This document shows, piece after piece, positions 60,081 through 64,000 of a DNA stretch of 64,000 bases. The stretch lies in the NCBI RefSeq assembly GCF_009914755.1, contig NC_060926.1. One strand, 5' to 3'. Each line of letters starts with the position of its first letter. Position 1 is the first letter of the stretch. The notes beneath the pieces are model-generated. The model made no database searches and had not been told where the DNA came from. It saw only the letters and a program-made list of their open reading frames with translations. Made by a program: the position numbers and the translations under genes. This stretch comes from the human T2T-CHM13v2.0 reference genome, Homo sapiens.

Positions 60081-62026
60081 CTATACCCCAGTCTATCATA
60101 AAGCTAAACTAAAACAATTCTGTGACCTTTATCAGGAAGAAAGGACAGTGGGAGGGAGACACGTTAGGAATGTTCTCTCATTTCTCCCACTCACACAACT
60201 GCTGCTGCAAAGGGCTCAAGTTGGTGACCCCAAATTTTACTAGTTATGTTAATTATTTGGGTAAATTTTCATGCAAAGCTTATGTATTTGAAGCTGAAGG
60301 GGAGAGAGATTCTAAGTTGTAATCTTTAATTTTTTCAAAATTTGAGGCCAATTTTAAGGCTTGAAACCTGTTGTTCTAGAATAGACCATTGAGTAACATA
60401 TGTATTTGTTTCTCAGGAAATAACAGCTAACTGAAGTTATTATTCCTTCTTATTAATAAAATATAATTTTTCATCTTTTCTGCCCAAATTTGTGATAAAT
60501 GTGCTTACTCCTATAAATGGCTTATATTTCTCTTTAGCACTCCTATGCTGAAACTCTCCAAAAATGTTCAAAATACTCACATTCTAGTAATAAAATATTG
60601 CTAAAGGTGTACTTTTAATGAGTTTATTCCATGCACACAAACAAATAGTTTTTTTCTTATAGTCTGACTCCTTATCGTAGCTATTAGTGGAGGAAGAGAA
60701 GGAGAAAATTTTATTGATGAATTTCCTATTGCTATTTTTGAAATTTCCTCAAATGACAGATATATCCAGAGAGAACTATGGCTATGAGAAAACTATTTGA
60801 GAGGTCTGCTAATTGTAAACTAAGCAATTTCAGTCAGACAGTGTAATTAACAGACTGGGTATAGGAAAAGGAGCTAGTTATGTTTCATTTCCTGAATTTT
60901 TATGTCTAAAAACAGAAATGTTTTATCCACTTCCCATTTTGTAAAGCTATTGCAAAAATTTCCTGCCATCACAAATGTTAGAGATAGTGTGTTTTACTAA
61001 AAAGTTGTATGTGGAAAGCCTACTAAATTTATGCCAAAGTGTCACTGTAGACATGGTTTAACATGAAAGATCAAGGAGTATATCTTGTGTTTTTGTTCTT
61101 AGAGAGAGGATCTTGGATCTTGCCATGTTGCCCAGGGTGGTCTGAAACTGAAAGCATATCTTTTCTATTAGATGATGTTATGAACCAGTCTTAGTGACAA
61201 GTTAAATAATCTTTCAAAGACAAAAACAATTCTTCATTTTAACTGCCACCTGCTTAGTATGTCAGGATGGTGAAAATATTTCAGTGACACCATTGACTAT
61301 TGTTATTCATTGCAAATAATTGTACATGCCAGATAGTAGATGTAACAAGAGCCAGTGACCAATTACAATGCTAATGTATGTATTTTTCCGTCACTACTGA
61401 AAAAAGGAAATGAATTTAATTTTAACATTTCCACAGTCTATAAAACCTAATTCATGTAAAGTTAAAAATAGATCCATATTATAGAATCAAAATCATGTAA
61501 ACAGTTTTATTCATTTTAATGGAAGAATATACAAATACAGAGGACACTCCAAACCAAGCACTGATGGCTTTTTACTTTAAAAACCTCTCATTTTCCAGTT
61601 TATTTTCAAGGAACATTCTATTAAATCTTACTTGAAAATCAAGAGTAGCCTACAGATTTAATTGATCTCAACAGGGGGAGAAAATGATCTAATTTTTCAT
61701 TAGAGTTCCTGTGGTAACCACAGAGAGAGCCAGTAACTTGGTAAATACAGTTATGTCTCTATGGGCCTGTGAAAAGCAGAATGAAGAACATGACTGTATA
61801 AAAGGTTAACCCATGAGGATAATTTCCAAGTACATCATTTATTTTCACTGCCCTGCATCAAGGAGGCCTCATTGGAGAATAATTTAAACAATAAGAAAAC
61901 AAACTTAAAAAAGATTAGATAAAATGTTTTCATATGTTTTTCTGAAAGAATCTATTTCACAGGCTCAGTACATATTCCAGATATAAAGGCACTAGCTTTT
62001 TACTGGAATTTAGATATTTTCACTAA

Positions 62027-62496
<470 letters not shown>

Positions 62497-63479
62497 AATC
62501 ATAGCTCTTTTAATACTCTGAGCCATTAGGTATTTGTCCCAGATAATCTACATTCACAAATAGAGGAGTACTTTCATTTTTACACAGAAGTGAAGAAGGA
62601 AATTTATAAGTTAGAATTCTTAAGAAAGATAATTGAAAAGATTCTTAGATGTTTACCCACGTATTGGCTGTCTGGGTGGCTCTAATTATCCAACTTGCTC
62701 GGAGTTTTGTAGCCTTACAATAGTTGAATAAAAATGACCCCACTTTTGTCCCTACCCTGGGTCTCATAAATAGTGTGAAACACATCATTTTCTTTTTTCC
62801 CCTGCTGCATCCCCACCTCCCATTTCACTTCTTATTGCTATCCCCTTCTATCCATTCTGCATGGACCCAGATGTGAAACGCATGTGTTTTCATTTATTTC
62901 CATAAAACACATTCACACCAGGCAGTGGGGCTGAAGATTTGTTGTGTGTCTTGGAATACAAGGGCATTATATTCACAGCACAGCACAGCCCATAGCATTA
63001 ACCTAAGTATCAAACATCCCTGTTCTTTAGCAGGACTGGCCACCAGCCAGCCCATTTTCTCAGGACCTGGCTCTGGATGTCTTGCTGGGCCATCTTCTTT
63101 ACCTTCTGTTATCTTCCATTGCTTTCCCTAGTCTTGAAACACTTGACTCACCTATCTCTAGCTGAAGCAAAACATTCTTCTTACTTTATTATGCAAGCAA
63201 TATAATTTCATTTATCAAATTGCTAGCTCATTTTAGACAACTTCCAAATGCAGAACCAAAGATGGCTCACCAAGGTGTTTTTGCTAAACTGGGAAATTTT
63301 TTCCATGAGAAATTCTTTCACCTGCTTTTATCCTATCTGGCCCCTCCCATCTATCACCACACCCACACAGATCCCTACACAAGGTTTTGTAGCACATTCT
63401 ACCTGTTGAAGGCGATTCAGCCAGCAAAAATTTAGGCTTTGAAGGACACTTGGAAGAGACCTGGGATTCATTTCCATTT

Positions 63480-63622
63480 CTCCCCATTCCTTTCCAAACA
63501 TAGCCAACCCTAAGTCCTGTTGATTCTACAGTACTTGAAACACTTCACTGCCCTTTGCTGCTACTCTAGTCCAAGCCACCATTATCTTTTCACCAGGATT
63601 AGTGCCAACAGCCTCCCAACCT
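63480..63622 (+). mobile_element. L2 fragment
   Basis: 'ctactctagtccaagccaccattatctttcaccaggattagtgccaacagcctcc'. Confidence 0.6.
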
Positions 63623-63624
63623 AT

Positions 63625-64000
63625 TTTTGGGAGAAAAAAACTTTTCCTCTACCAACTTTATTGGTTGGTAGTGGTTGAGAGGTGTGGGGGAGGCTGAAAA
63701 TTAATTGACAATGACAGATTAAATGGAGAAAAGTTTATTTTCACATGCATGAGGGAGCACTCCATAACAGGTGGCTCTATAAACAGCTAGGGGTAAGGGT
63801 TTATATACTAGCTTAATAAAGGGGGAGTTTAGGGTTTCAAATAACAGAGGTTTTAATTAGGATTCTTTATACTTTTTTTTTTAATGTCCCAGTTCTCAAG
63901 GCTCAAGTGCCTCTCTTATAGAGACTACCCAGGATGGGTGATTTGTGGCAGCTGACTCTACTTTTGTCAGATAAGGGAAGTTCAGATAAGACTTTTTTCT
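63625..64000 (-). mobile_element. ERV1-class LTR (MER34-group-like), runs off the window
   Basis: 'ttgggagaaaaaaacttttcctctacc...aattaattgacaatgacagattaaatggagaaaagtttatt' resembles the reverse 3' end of MER34-group LTRs. Confidence 0.5.

Overview
AT-rich primate DNA (human/ape-like: AluY/S/J, L1PA6, THE1D). It is intergenic or deep-intronic and dominated by decayed transposable elements. I found no recognisable host protein-coding exon, RNA gene or CpG island; the long ORFs in the track are LINE-1 remnants or chance ORFs in repeats. The main feature is a full-length, inactivated minus-strand L1PA6-type element (~8353-14497) that keeps its YY1 site, antisense splice donors, a frameshifted ORF0 and the ZNF93-bound 129-bp segment. 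Also present are about 12 Alu-family copies, older L1/L2/MIR pieces, DNA transposons and an LTR cluster at 37.8-44.6 kb. The best second-look items are an unexplained codon-periodic segment at ~41.7-42.26 kb, a ~105-bp templated copy bracketed by a 29-bp inverted repeat at ~33.1-33.3 kb, a 23-nt young L1 micro-insertion, a three-layer TE nest and several hairpins. I could not support a novel multi-gene system. Subfamily names come from recall of consensus sequences and need RepeatMasker/Dfam confirmation; old-repeat boundaries are approximate.
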